Shown here: piece by piece, positions 50,121-62,066 of the stretch
Position numbering within the stretch: position 1 is the stretch's first letter
How the letters are laid out: every line of letters starts with the position of its first letter
Source: Laetmonice hystrix
Lineage: Eukaryota
Assembly: GCA_965235115.1 (NCBI GenBank)
Contig: OZ249444.1
Location: forward strand, 28,706,001 to 28,770,000
Direction of reading: 5' to 3'
Length of the DNA stretch: 64,000 bases
The notes under the pieces: model-generated
What the model was told of the DNA's origin: nothing
The model's database searches: none
The model's input: the letters and a program-made list of their open reading frames with translations, nothing else
Position numbers and translations under genes: made by a program

Positions 50121-51979
50121 ACAATGACTTGATGAAAATGTTGACCGACTCCTTACCATAATGGATTTAGAAGAGGACGGAATATGCCGAAGTGCTTGTT
50201 GTAACTTATTATCAATTAGGGTTTATGTCATACCACTCCAGTCCAAACTGGGGGTTTACAGACATAACGAAACCTTGCTGCCTTGACGCCCTAAGAACTG
50301 TCTGATTCTTGATCAAGTTCAATGTGCAAGGTTTCGGAAGATCAGCCATGATACGGTATCCATGAAATTTGGGAAGAAAAACAAAAACTCTTATTTACTA
50401 TTCCGAGTCCAAAAACCACCCCTAGCTCCCACTCTTGGCCTCACCCCTCCCCCTACAAGGTTGTTTATCAGTATCCCCAATCCTGCCTCTGACCCCCTAC
50501 CCCAAACTTCATGGAAATATGGCCGGGGGGGGGGGGTAATGGAAATGATGTATGTAATATCCGACTTTGACAGCTTCAGTTATTATACACTTATCTCAAT
50601 GTCAGATCATTGTCAGATCATTATGACCAAATTTGACGGAGGCGTTTTCCCCCCTAATAATTCAGAACCTAATAAAATTGCCTAACACCGGGATAATACC
50701 GGTACTCTTTCACGCTGGATTTATAACTAGAAAACACTCAATTTGTCATTATGTCAGCGACGGTTTTCATGCATAGATTACGCGGCAAGGCTGTCCGGCG
50801 CTTTAAAAAGGTAAAAATCAAAATGAGAAACTTTCTTCATACGACCAACTTTTCAAGTTTCAAATACTTTTTAAGAATTCAATAGACTTCAGCCTGCCAG
50901 GGCATTCACCGCATTCACTTGAAAGTTGAGTGTGTAACTTTCTAGCCCATCTAACCTGTAAGAGAAAATCTAAACCTCAACAAACATCCATAAATAAAGG
51001 TAACAAAGCTATACTGGGTACAATGGCAACATTTGGCGAGAATGGCACACGGAGATGAAGTGTAAAAACCTGTGGTTGCATATTACGAAACAGCGCATTA
51101 TCCGAATATCGTTATGATTAATGTTAATTTGTGAATAATAAACTAAACGCTTAATCAGAGTTAGAGTATGGTGTGCTTAGACACTATCCATCACACCGAT
51201 AGCTAGAGCTCTTTCACTCACAGACACGCGCTGTAGTTAAAGCCATTTGCTTGTAAACGAAAAATCTCTGATGTCACTATAATTATGTTTACATGAGATG
51301 ACATTTTGATTGTTATTAGTTTCCACCGTGTTGTGCGTGCCATCCTGGCCACGGCAGTTCAGCTTTTATTCCCCAATTTCAGCTTGTAAAAAGCCACAGG
51401 TGAAAAATGGATTTGGGGGACACGAGGGTGTGGTTGATGGGTGTTGTTTGGGCGTGTGTGGCGGGCAGTCGGCCGGCGATGTGAAAAGTTCGTGACTGGA
51501 GCAGGATGGGTATTATTCCAATGTTAAATCGCCGCCTCAGCATGGCGATGGCATGTTGATGTTCTGTCAGAGTGAGAGGGTTTTTTTTCTCCAAATAATC
51601 ATTGAAATCCTTGCTGTCGATTGATGACACTCCGTCCCAGGGCCCTGGTAGGTGCTCCCTGTCAATAATTGTCGTCCGTACTACCTGCAGTGGACCGTCA
51701 TGTCACTAAGTGTTTGCATGCAACCCGCCCTATACAATGTCGTCATCCCGAGTCCACAGTCAATAGCCATAAACCGCGATAAGACCAGATCTACCGCGGG
51801 GTGAAGGCTATTAGTGAAACCATGCCGAACTGACGTATTGGCCAACAAATTGATACAATATGGACTCCATTCAATACTCATTGAACTCTTGTCAATGTAT
51901 CGCGGAAACACCATCGACATAACTGATAGGAGTTATTGTCAGTTAACATGGATACTGCACTGATGTTATCTGCCATTAA

Positions 51980-52087
51980 CGTGGGGAGGGGGAGGTTGAG
52001 GGTGAGGGGAGGGGGGAGGGGGGAAGGGGAGGGGAGGGGAGGGGGAGGGGGAGGGGGAAGGGGAGGGGGAGGGGGAGGGGGAGGGGT
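51980..52087. repeat. Polypurine (GGGGA/GGGGGA)n tract
   Basis: G-run repeats; G-quadruplex/triplex-forming potential is an inference. Confidence 0.9.
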
Positions 52088-54524
52088 GTTAAGTTGAGGT
52101 CTCGCTTACATCCATTGTTACCCCGTTCTGATAAAAACAAAAACAAAACCCCAAAAACAACAAGAAAAACTTGGCCCCGTCGGCCACAGTGATCCAATAT
52201 CTCGGTCCTTGAAGCACTCCAATGTTAAACTCTAGCCTCAACATGTTATCGGTATCTAGATCTCGTTTTTTTAAGTAGAAAGTTGTCAATTATTGAGATT
52301 TCTAACTATGGACACACATCAATAACTCTATTCATCCCTTTCGGATAACCCAGACTAACCCTGATTTTTACGATTTGACATTCCACAAATATATATACAC
52401 ATGTACCTCCATGTCATAGTTCATATCTGCCCCACTTCTCCTGATTCTCCAGACAACATGACTTTACATTTTCCCACGTGTTGCCTGGAGATCATTAAAT
52501 CATTTTAGCTGGAGACATGGACAAAACAACCCATCACGTACTTCTGTCAATAGACAAGAACAATCACTTTATTTCATGTAACTCGCTGATATATCGACGC
52601 ATACACTGACAGCTAACAGACATATTGTGAACGACACATTGTCCTTATATGGTGACCAAATCAAACTTCAACCAAAATGAATACGGTAAACTAGACATAT
52701 TGATACAGCACATACACGTGACCAACACCTGGCTTTCCAGGGTAACAAAGTAACTTATCATGTCATTGAATCTTTAACAGATTTAAGCACAGTTTAGTAT
52801 TTGAAAAATGGACTTTAATCAAAATACATTTTTTACCCCCAATTATAATCTTTGGGGAGAGAAAAAAAGGATACAAATTCCGCGGAGGACAGTTTAAACT
52901 GTGACACCCCCATCGCTGACTAAGACATAATACATGCGATTTGACATGTATATATAATCAGGAATACCGTTATATTTTAAAGTGAATTTAAAAAAAAACA
53001 CGTCTATCTCACAAAGTGATTCCACAATCAAGGCCGTTGATTAGCAAACAAATAAAACAAACACTAACTTAGACACTTTGTCTTTATCAAGCCACAGACC
53101 GGCAGATGAGTGTTGTTCATGCAGAGATAACGAGATTTGAATAATATGCAAATCTGCGGTAATGCTGGGGGGTGTGTGTGTGTGTGTGGTGGTGGGGCTG
53201 TGGTGGTGGTGGTGGTGGTGGTGACTGTACACCGGCAAGCTCCATGCTGCCCAGGTTGGACTGACTCACTGATTGACCACACTCCATGTAGTTGAAGCCA
53301 ACCACCCTACCACAGTATAAACCAGCTACCCATCCCAACCAATCTGACATCACTGACATCAATTAAATGATTGGAAAATCAACACGTTTACCTGTAGGCT
53401 ATAGCAGGTGTGGTCATCACGTCGGTGGTTGGTATGGAGATAATCCCACGTTAATCTACACGGTAAGAGCTACCTTAGCGTCCATATCCAGTCTCCGACA
53501 TCATCCAACATGGCTGCCCTCCACCCAACAACCCTCCTGACAGGAGACGAAGAAGAAGTCACCTTGAGTCGAGGAGACATGGGTCCAGTAGGGAGTTTTA
53601 GGAACAGGAACGAAGGGAAAGACCTGCCAGGTCTGTTGGTCGGCGACAACGACGGAGAGCATTTATATTGTTGGCGCCCGTCTGTAGCAGGCTGACAAAA
53701 AGTGGATAGGGACATAGACAGAGGGACAGAGTTATCTTGGACCTGACTAAGGGCTCATAGATCGCTAGCACAATGTAGTATTGTGGGCCAGTGCGATGAA
53801 AAGACTAGCTTCTAGGAGGCCATTTGTGGCTGCCACAATGGCCGTAGCTACGCTTTGCAAGCCAAATAGGCAGCCTTAGAAATTCAGACAATGTTTCGTG
53901 CACAGGCCGACGTGTGTTTCATAACCAGAGTAACAATAACAACCAGTTGGTAAAAATGAATTCAATCATGAAGAGGCAGGAGTGTTGAGGGGTGATCGAG
54001 TCGTATACTGTCTCCACCATCCCCTCACAATGTGAATAACACACGCACATAATACCTGGCATTATTTCCCTCTGCATGCTTGCCGCAATTCACCCAACCA
54101 AATACACCATAGAAACCAGCCATTGAAATGCTTGCCTCCTATCCCGACCAAGCAATGACAGTGGCCAAGTGTACAGTTACAAAGGCCCTTAATTAGAGGC
54201 GGAATATGGGCCAATCACAATCCCGTCCTGCCTGATCGCAGGCATTGGTCGCATCATTAGCCTGCAAGTCGGTGCTAACATACCATATAATTACCAATAC
54301 CTAATTAGCCCACCTGAGTGCGGCTGGAAACGTGAGATGACATCAGTAGCCATGTTATTCATGTTAATTAGATCCCTAATTAACGATCGGAAACGACCTT
54401 TGAACCCTGGTGACTAGAGTATAGGAGACACCGTTTGGAGATGATCTGGTCGCTGGCTGGACGAGTGTTCACCTGAACGACTTTAATCAGTTACCTGGTG
54501 GTCAGAGAGGACTGGTCCAGGGAT

Positions 54525-55320
54525 CAAACACACAGTGTGAGTGGGGATCGGATATATAACACACAGTGTGAGTGGGGATCGGATATATAACACACAGTGT
54601 GAGTGGGGATCGGATATATATCAAACACACAGTGTGAGTGGGGATCGGATATATATCAAACACACAGTGTGAGTGGGGATCGGATATATAACACACAGTG
54701 TGAGTGGGGATCGGATATATAACACACAGTGTGAGTGGGGATCGGATATATATCAAACACACAGTGTGAGTGGGGATCGGATATATATCAAACACACATT
54801 GTGAGTGGGGATCGGATATATATCAAACACACAGTGTGAGTGGGGATCGGATATATATCAAACACACATTGTGAGTGGGGATCGGATATATATCAAACAC
54901 ACAGTGTGAGTGGGGATCGGATATATAACACACAGTGTGAGTGGGGATCGGATATATATCAAACACACAGTGTGAGTGGGGATCGGATATATATCAAACA
55001 CACAGTGTGAGTGGGGATCGGATATATATCAAACACACAGTGTGAGTGGGGATCGGATATACATGTATATCAAACACACAGTGTGAGTGGGGATCGGATA
55101 TATATCAAACACACAGTGTGAGTGGGGATCGGATATACATGTATATCAAACACACAGTGTGAGTGGGGATCGGATATATATCAAACACACAGTGTGAGTG
55201 GGGATCGGATATATATCAAACACACAGTGTGAGTGGGGATCGGATATACATGTATATCAAACACACAGTGTGAGTAGGGATCGGATATATATCAAACACA
55301 CAGTGTGAGTGGGGATCAAA
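54525..55320. repeat. 32/35/41-bp minisatellite, ~22 copies
   Basis: Unit CACACAGTGTGAGTGGGGATCGGATATATATCAAA; length varies in the AT tract. Confidence 0.97.
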
Positions 55321-55540
55321 TATATGCTGATAGATCAACACATCTCATGTAAACTTTAACTATCTGAGAAAACCGCCTCTCGAGAACTTACACTCAGTAA
55401 CCGGCCAACCTACAAATCGTGCTGCTCGTGTCAGCACAGATGCCGAAATCCTGACATCTTATTTATCCTTCTAACTATGGTACTTAACTCTAACTCCTAC
55501 TGGCTGTGTCAGTATTTATAACTACTTTGTCTGATCGTAC

Positions 55541-55948
55541 TACTGACTGGCCAGTATCCCCTGACTCCGTGATGCCTACACTAATACCATAATACCACAT
55601 GGGAAGTTACTGACTGGCCAGTACCCCCTGACTCCGTGATGCCTACACTAATACCATAATACCACATGTGAAGTTACTGACTGGCCAGTACCCCCTGACT
55701 CCGTGATGCCTACACTAATACCATAATACCACATGGGAAGTTACTGACTGGCCAGTACCCCCTGACTCCGTGATGCCTACACTAATACCATAATACCACA
55801 TGTGAAGTTACTGACTGGCCAGTACCCCCTGACTCCGTGATGCCTACACTAATACCATAATACCACATGTGAAGTTACTGACTGGCCAGTACCCCCTGAC
55901 TCCGTGATGCCTACACTAATACCATAATACCACATGGGAAGTTACTGA
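55541..55948. repeat. 67-bp minisatellite, ~6 copies
   Basis: TACTGACTGGCCAGTA recurs at 55541, 55608, ... Confidence 0.96.
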
Positions 55949-57450
55949 GCACATTCTAGGACAATAATTTATCTACACTAATACCATTATACCGCATGTG
56001 AAGTTACAGAACACAATATGAACAGTTAACAAGAACAATTAACAGTTTGTCCAGGAACGACCGGCAATGAGACTAACTCTCACGATTAGATTTAGCGTGA
56101 ACGGAAACCCGCCTATTCAGGGAACTTACCAGATTTGGGACCTTACTCACAAAGCATACGGAAGACTTGCGGGTCTGCAAAATTATTAACTCCCAGCTGT
56201 TTAATAATGGTGTGTGGGTAAGCAAGTCTTGCGTGTGCTTTGTGAATAAGGTCCCAGGTCAAATAACCAGTTTTCAGGAGGGTACTCAGTAGTATAAGGA
56301 AATGGCGGTTTGTGGGTAGCGTGGGTGAGTACTGTCGTATGGGAAGTTGTTGTAAGTAGTGTATGGAAATGGCCGATTGTTGCCACAGTGAGGGACAATG
56401 AGGCTCGTTTTGTACATTATGGACTCGTCAAAATTTGTAAACATCCAAAACTTCATGATCTATGTAAACTAATTACATCTAGGAGTAAAAGTATGAATGA
56501 AATATATAGGTGTCCCTTTCGAAATGAATGATAAAGCTGCTGATTGCTCAAGGCGCACTGGTTCGCTTGTTAACTGGTAATACCACTGAGGGTGGGGGTG
56601 GGGGCGGGTACCTGAGGTTGTTACTATGGGACAACTAGTGCTCACCTCCTATCAGTGGCGGGGGGGGGGGGGGGGTATACTGCCACAGATATATGTAGTC
56701 GTTGGCTTTCATTTCAACTTAAGAAAAAACTCATGGCGTCAATTACAAGCGACAGTTAAAATATCTTTGAAAATCTCGGAGCGATGAACGCTACTCGACA
56801 GACAAACTTGCACGTTTCGAGTCGCATTGTAGCCAAACAGCCCAGGAAGGTGTTAAGTTTCAATTGAAATATCACAAATTTCTATAGCTCACAAATCAAT
56901 GTCGAGTCAAAAATGTCTTCAAAGTCCGTGGATTTACAATGTATTTTCAGCAATGGTAACAGGCGTGCATATACGGGCAGCCGTTTTAAATAGAGAAAGG
57001 GACGACATACTGTAATATTTTGAACTCGGGGTGGTGTGGTTTTTTTTTCTCTCTGCCTCCAGCATACACCTGATCGATATATGTATCCAGCACCGACTGA
57101 CTAATCTTCCAAGCACATATCAGCAACACATGGTTTTACCTATCCTCCCACCATTGTCCTCTAACAATGAGAACGATGGCAGATAAAGGCCGTACCGTGC
57201 AGGTGCCATTGTATTCTACGACCCCCTAGTTCTGATAACAATCAGCCCATATTGGTGCTACCATGTGATAACAATAGACTTCTGAGGCCGATTGTTCTCC
57301 GGGCATCCGCGTGTGCCACTGTACCGAAACACTGGGCTGAAAATGTCGCAGCAGAAAAATACAACGTCATGCCACCGGAACATCAATATAGTGATGAGGA
57401 TATGAAGAAAGTCATCGGAATAACGAGCAATCCAATCTAGCCTCCTCCTG

Positions 57451-57453
<3 letters not shown>

Positions 57454-57510
<57 letters not shown>
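57454..57510. repeat. Pure (CTG)19 microsatellite
   Basis: 57 nt of uninterrupted CTG followed by CCGCCGCCATCAG. Confidence 0.97.
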
Positions 57511-57512
<2 letters not shown>

Positions 57513-58282
57513 GCCGCCATCAGGTAAAGTAGCACAGGTAGAAGTGGCTCGAGTGACAGTTTGATGGAGCGGACAGGTTGGCGTCAGGTAGGTATAGGTT
57601 CAGGGATGAGAAACTACCTCCACCTGAATCTGACATATCACGGTCACTGACATCAACCGAGCTGACAGCTCAGCTCCCTGATATTAAATAACTTGAGAAA
57701 CGAGTAAATAACAAGTTTTTTTACACTTGGTAATTACTACATGATACCCTCAATAGAATCGACCGCATGAAATAAAAATTAATTTTCCAAATGAAGAGGT
57801 CTTCTTTACACATAAAATGAACGAAACCGTCCTAGTCACACGAAGCTAATTTCGCTCCATCTCCTTTCCCTATTCAACAGATAACGTAGCAAATTTCACT
57901 TTCAGGAAATTGAAAACTCTTGATAATCAAGTTCAGTATTTAACAAAATGTTTTGCATTTCTGCTTCATTCATCAAGGAAACTTTATCTCCATGAATTTC
58001 CCTCCCACTTAGAAAATATTTTAAATCCTTCCTTTCAAATTCCACTCATCTAATTAAAAATTGAGTAGGGGTACTTTTCCCGCAGTGATTACTTTCAAAC
58101 AGAGAATTTATACCTAGCCTTATTCACATTTTTACTTTCAAGGTTACTAATCTTATAAGATGAAGAAATAAAGCGCTATATAACATAACAAATGAGCTAT
58201 ACAATATAATAATACGTAAATGAGTCTGGTATTTCTCTCCCCGAATTCTCCATCATGTCTGTTTAGATTTTAAAGTAAGGTG

Positions 58283-58410
58283 ATTGTGTTAAAATACTGT
58301 TTTATACAATCTACTATTGTGTTAAAATACTGTTTTCTACAATCTACTTTTGTGTTAAAATACTGTTTTCTACAATCTACTATTGTGTTAAAATACTGTT
58401 TTCTACAATC
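58283..58410. repeat. 33-bp tandem repeat, ~4 copies
   Basis: Unit ATTGTGTTAAAATACTGTTTTCTACAATCTACT. Confidence 0.92.
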
Positions 58411-59783
58411 TACTATTTCATAGATGTAAAAGTAAATTCGGAACAAACTCGTGAAGCTGAGAGACAACAGGTTCTGAGAAGTTTTCACAAAATCTAGGAA
58501 GTACACTTTGGGAATTTTCCACGTAACACGCTTAGGTTTCTAACTTTTGACGTGATGGCTTTGTGAAACGTGAATCTCAAACTGCACTCAGGAACCAGAG
58601 TAGCGCGGAAGAAACTTGCTATACAAATATATACCAACACTTCAATTAAACCAACTTTACTCTTAAGTTTCCATGAAGGCGAGGTTTCAGTTTACTAAAT
58701 CTTGTTTTGAGCTAAAGAGCACCTTTGAACCTCAATGGCTTCAGCCAGCATACGGAAGTCGTCTCACCTTACCGTATCTCTCATCAATGTATTCCTACGC
58801 CAGGGTAACCGTCAGAACACCGGCGCTACATGTCATATGAATCACTCCATGACATTTCTAAAGACGGCCGGGATAAAGAAAATACGGATATTTCTTACAC
58901 GGCTTCCCGTAGGTGTAAAAAGGTTTGGTCTCACGTCTCTGACAACGTGACTGATGGGAATCAGAAAACTGATCTCTGCCTCGTTATGGGCACCTTTCTC
59001 TGCAGTATCAGGTCACCTCCAGTACTCTTACTGGAGATACATTAAGGCCCTCTCCACTGCAGCACTCCAGTGTTTCCTGAGCTCCCCTCCAACTCCTATT
59101 CTGGTAGCGGTTAATTTGTTAAATGACTTCAGTAATTACCACAATCGGCTTAAATTTCAACAAATCACAAGTTGTTTCGGTAATTCACGAATCACGGAGA
59201 AATACTCGGCATTCTGACTGGCGCGATTCTTCGACATTACACGAGAATATTTAAGATTCAAATTCCTGAAATGCTATTCTGAATACTGAATGACAAGGTG
59301 CTTTAATTCACGAAGAGCCTGCAACTAACATAACTATGCTAGCATTGAAACAAATGCGAGAATTGGAACTTTTAAATTCATCAATCCAGTTTCGAAGTCA
59401 ACTTTCATTCAAAAGGACTAAAATGCAAAGTTGTTTGAAATAGAATGCATGAAACCATATTTATTCAAAATATTATTCAGTGTCAAATACTAAATCACGG
59501 TATTGCAGGGTAAAACCTTCCATCAATACCACAATATTTCTTTGTGATAATTACCGACAAAACCAGAACGAATGCGGCAGGTAGGTTTAAATAAATACCA
59601 CTCATGTGTTTTTGGTGGAGGAGGAAGACGAATATAATGAACATATTGAACGATAGGAGATGTACGTTGACATTTTGTGTTTGAAATCCTCACCACGGAA
59701 GGTCAAACTGACCTTTCTGAAAGATGAATTGTTTCAAGCAATTTCAAACTTTACTTACAAAAAGCAAGGCTAAATCTACTCAC

Positions 59784-59988
59784 CCTTGCAATCAAGATGT
59801 TTGGCATGTTACTAGCTTGGAGGAGCCATAAAAGTTGAGCAGGAGCGGCTGACGACAGGAGGAAGGCTAGGAGTCCTGTGACGACCACAGAGAAGATGAT
59901 TGCTGACGACCTCTGTCCGGAGTACAGCAGGACAAGGTTTGCTATGAGCCAGGTCTGTATGAGCAGAAACAGTGTCTCCCCGTACGTA
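59784..59988 (-). CDS. MPDU1: Internal coding exon of MPDU1 (mannose-P-dolichol utilization defect 1 / Lec35, PQ-loop family)
   Basis: Acceptor tatatattacAG| at 59990-59989 and donor AAGG|GTGAGT at 59783-59778. 205 nt = 1 nt + 68 codons (phase 2 in, phase 0 out), no stops: (S)TYGETLFLLIQTWLIANLVLLYSGQRSSAIIFSVVVTGLLAFLLSSAAPAQLLWLLQASNMPNILIAR. Ungapped match to human MPDU1 as I recall it (SWGEALFLMLQT...LLQASNVPAVVVGR), 27/68 identical by hand count. Visible at the tail of track ORF 59751..60137. Confidence 0.93.
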
Positions 59989-60505
59989 CTGTAATATATA
60001 ACACGTACAGTCAAATGTAACATGTACTGTAAAATATAACACGTACAGTAAAATGTAACATGTACTGTAAAATATAACACGTACAGTAAAATGTAACATG
60101 TGCTGTAAAATATAACACGTACAGTAAAATGTAACATGTGCTGTCAAATATAACATGTACTGTCAAATATAACACGTACTGTAAAATATAACATGTACTG
60201 TCAAATATAACACGTACTGTAAAATATAACATGTGCTGTTAATATAACACGTACTGTCAAATATAACACGTACAGTGAAATGTAACATGTGCTGTCAAAT
60301 ATAACATGTATTGTCAAATATAACACGTACAGTAAAATGTAACATGTACTGTAAAATATAACACGTACAGTAAAATGTAACATGTACTGTAAAATATAAC
60401 ACGTACAGTAAAATGTAACATGTATTGTAAAATATAACACGTACAGTAAAATGTAACGTGCTGTAAAATGTAACATGTGCTGTAAAATATAACATGTATT
60501 GACAA
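59985..60505. repeat. AT-rich 19/38-bp minisatellite overlapping the MPDU1 acceptor
   Basis: Plus unit GTACTGTAAAATATAACACGTACAGTAAAATGTAACAT; the minus strand reads ...TATTTTACAG|TAC... in each unit. Confidence 0.95.
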
Positions 60506-61224
60506 ATACAACACGCATGGTCATATCTCATCACATACTCTAAAATATAGTGCTCATGTACCCCATGACAAAACCTACTACAATATGAAGTCCACCGCTA
60601 AAGCCTGAAGGAAAGGGGGGGGGGGTGTTATTGTAGTTTTACTATTAACTTGGAAGATATTTAATTACGATTGAACAGATTCATACACAGAAGGAGCAGA
60701 GGTTTCAGTGTTAAAGGATTCAGTTTTCTCAAACTATTCTACAGGTGATAACAATCCTTTTTTCCTTGCCACGTAAAAACATTGGTCCATGAGACAAGGC
60801 TAACCGGCCTTCACACTGCCGTCTCTACCACCTTATGTACTCGGCCTGTGGTGTAAGAATGCGTGATAAATCTGTGGTTAAAACCCATCAATATTAACAA
60901 ATACGATGTTAGCGATCCGACCATTGAGACACACCGCAGCAACCTCCAATATTACCATCATAACTCGTACATTTACAGCAGTCTATGATCAAAGCGCAGT
61001 ACGGCTTTATTTAACATAAAAGACCTTTGTGTGATGACGCCTCATAGAACATTGATCGGACTGCGCCTTTTGCCATCTCGTATATAATGCTGGAGTACTA
61101 TCGATGTAAATGGTAATCCATAATGTATAAGATTATCTACGTCGGAAGGAACCTGTACTTAGCTATCTCTCTTACCTTAACATGACATCCCATTCTCTTT
61201 CAACAACCCACTTCAAATCATTAC

Positions 61225-61740
61225 TTCTAATAGCAATGATGAGTTGTTTTTACACCTACTAGTAGGTCGATTCATTTGAAATGTCATTAAGTATAATGTA
61301 GATTATGCATTAATTCTAACAGCAATGCTGAGAAACATTTGAGAGATAGACATGAGTTGTTTTTACACCTACCAGTAGGCCGATTTATTTTAAATGTCAT
61401 TAAGTATAATGTAGATTATGCATTAATTCTAATGGCAATGCTGAGAAACATTTGAGAGATAGTCATGAGTTGTTTTTACACCTACTAGTAGGCCGATTTA
61501 TTTTAAATCATTAAGTATAATGTAGATTATGCATTAATTCTAATGGCAATGCTGAGAAACATTTGAGAGATAGTCATGAGTTGTTTTTACACCTACTAGT
61601 AAGCCGATTTATTTTAAATCATTAAGTATAATGTAGATTATGCATTAATTCTAATGGCAATGATGAGAAACATTTGAGAGATAGTCATGAGTTGTTTTAA
61701 CACCTACTGTCGATTTATTTTAAATGTCAATGTAGATTAA
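61225..61740. repeat. ~112-bp minisatellite, ~4.5 copies
   Basis: ATGAGTTGTTTTTACACCTAC recurs at ~61239, 61352, 61465, 61576 and 61687. Confidence 0.94.
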
Positions 61741-62066
61741 GATTTACTAGTCGGCCGACAGCTGAGGAAGTGTATACGTCGGGGCGTGGGGCCTGTGAGG
61801 GCTGACGCTGAAGGTACATACCTTCACCCAGTTATTAACCTCATTCTCACAGCGGGAGATGAGTAGAAGAATGCAGACAATTCGATGTCCTGAGAACCAG
61901 GTAGCTGCTCATCTTACCTGTCCACATGATGGAATGCTGGTGTTAATTAACCCAATTACAGACACAATGCCATGTCCCGCCCACGCACCCTTATAGTCCA
62001 GTTTGGGCCATGTTTGACGTTAATTTTCAGTGTCATACAGTAATTACAACCCGGCCTTAGACCGGG

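Noticed and set aside
50901-50912. 12-nt match to the 3' part of miR-124 (GCGGTGAATGCC, minus strand)
   Set aside because: The seed region is absent, no precursor hairpin is evident, and it is explained by a local GTGAATGC duplication.
53474-53694. Minus-strand exon candidate starting near LLQTGANN
   Set aside because: LLQ is out of phase with the acceptor, the frame stops after 30 codons and lacks NGHTGQLS, and the donor (GTAGCT) is weak.
54525-55320. Tandem RAG recombination-signal heptamers (CACAGTG in nearly every unit)
   Set aside because: No nonamer at 12 nt, and only ~5/9 match (AAACACACA) at 23 nt. The heptamer is part of a CACAC-A-GTGTG mini-palindrome.
57171-57440. 89-codon plus frame ending HWAENVAAEKYNVMPPEHQYSDEDMKKVIGITSNPI
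   Set aside because: Natural-looking composition, but no ATG, only a weak acceptor, and no family I can recognise.
58830-59045. BED zinc-finger-like KKVWSHV...C motif
   Set aside because: It lacks the conserved Phe, the second Cys and the His ligands, and there is no transposase sequence nearby.
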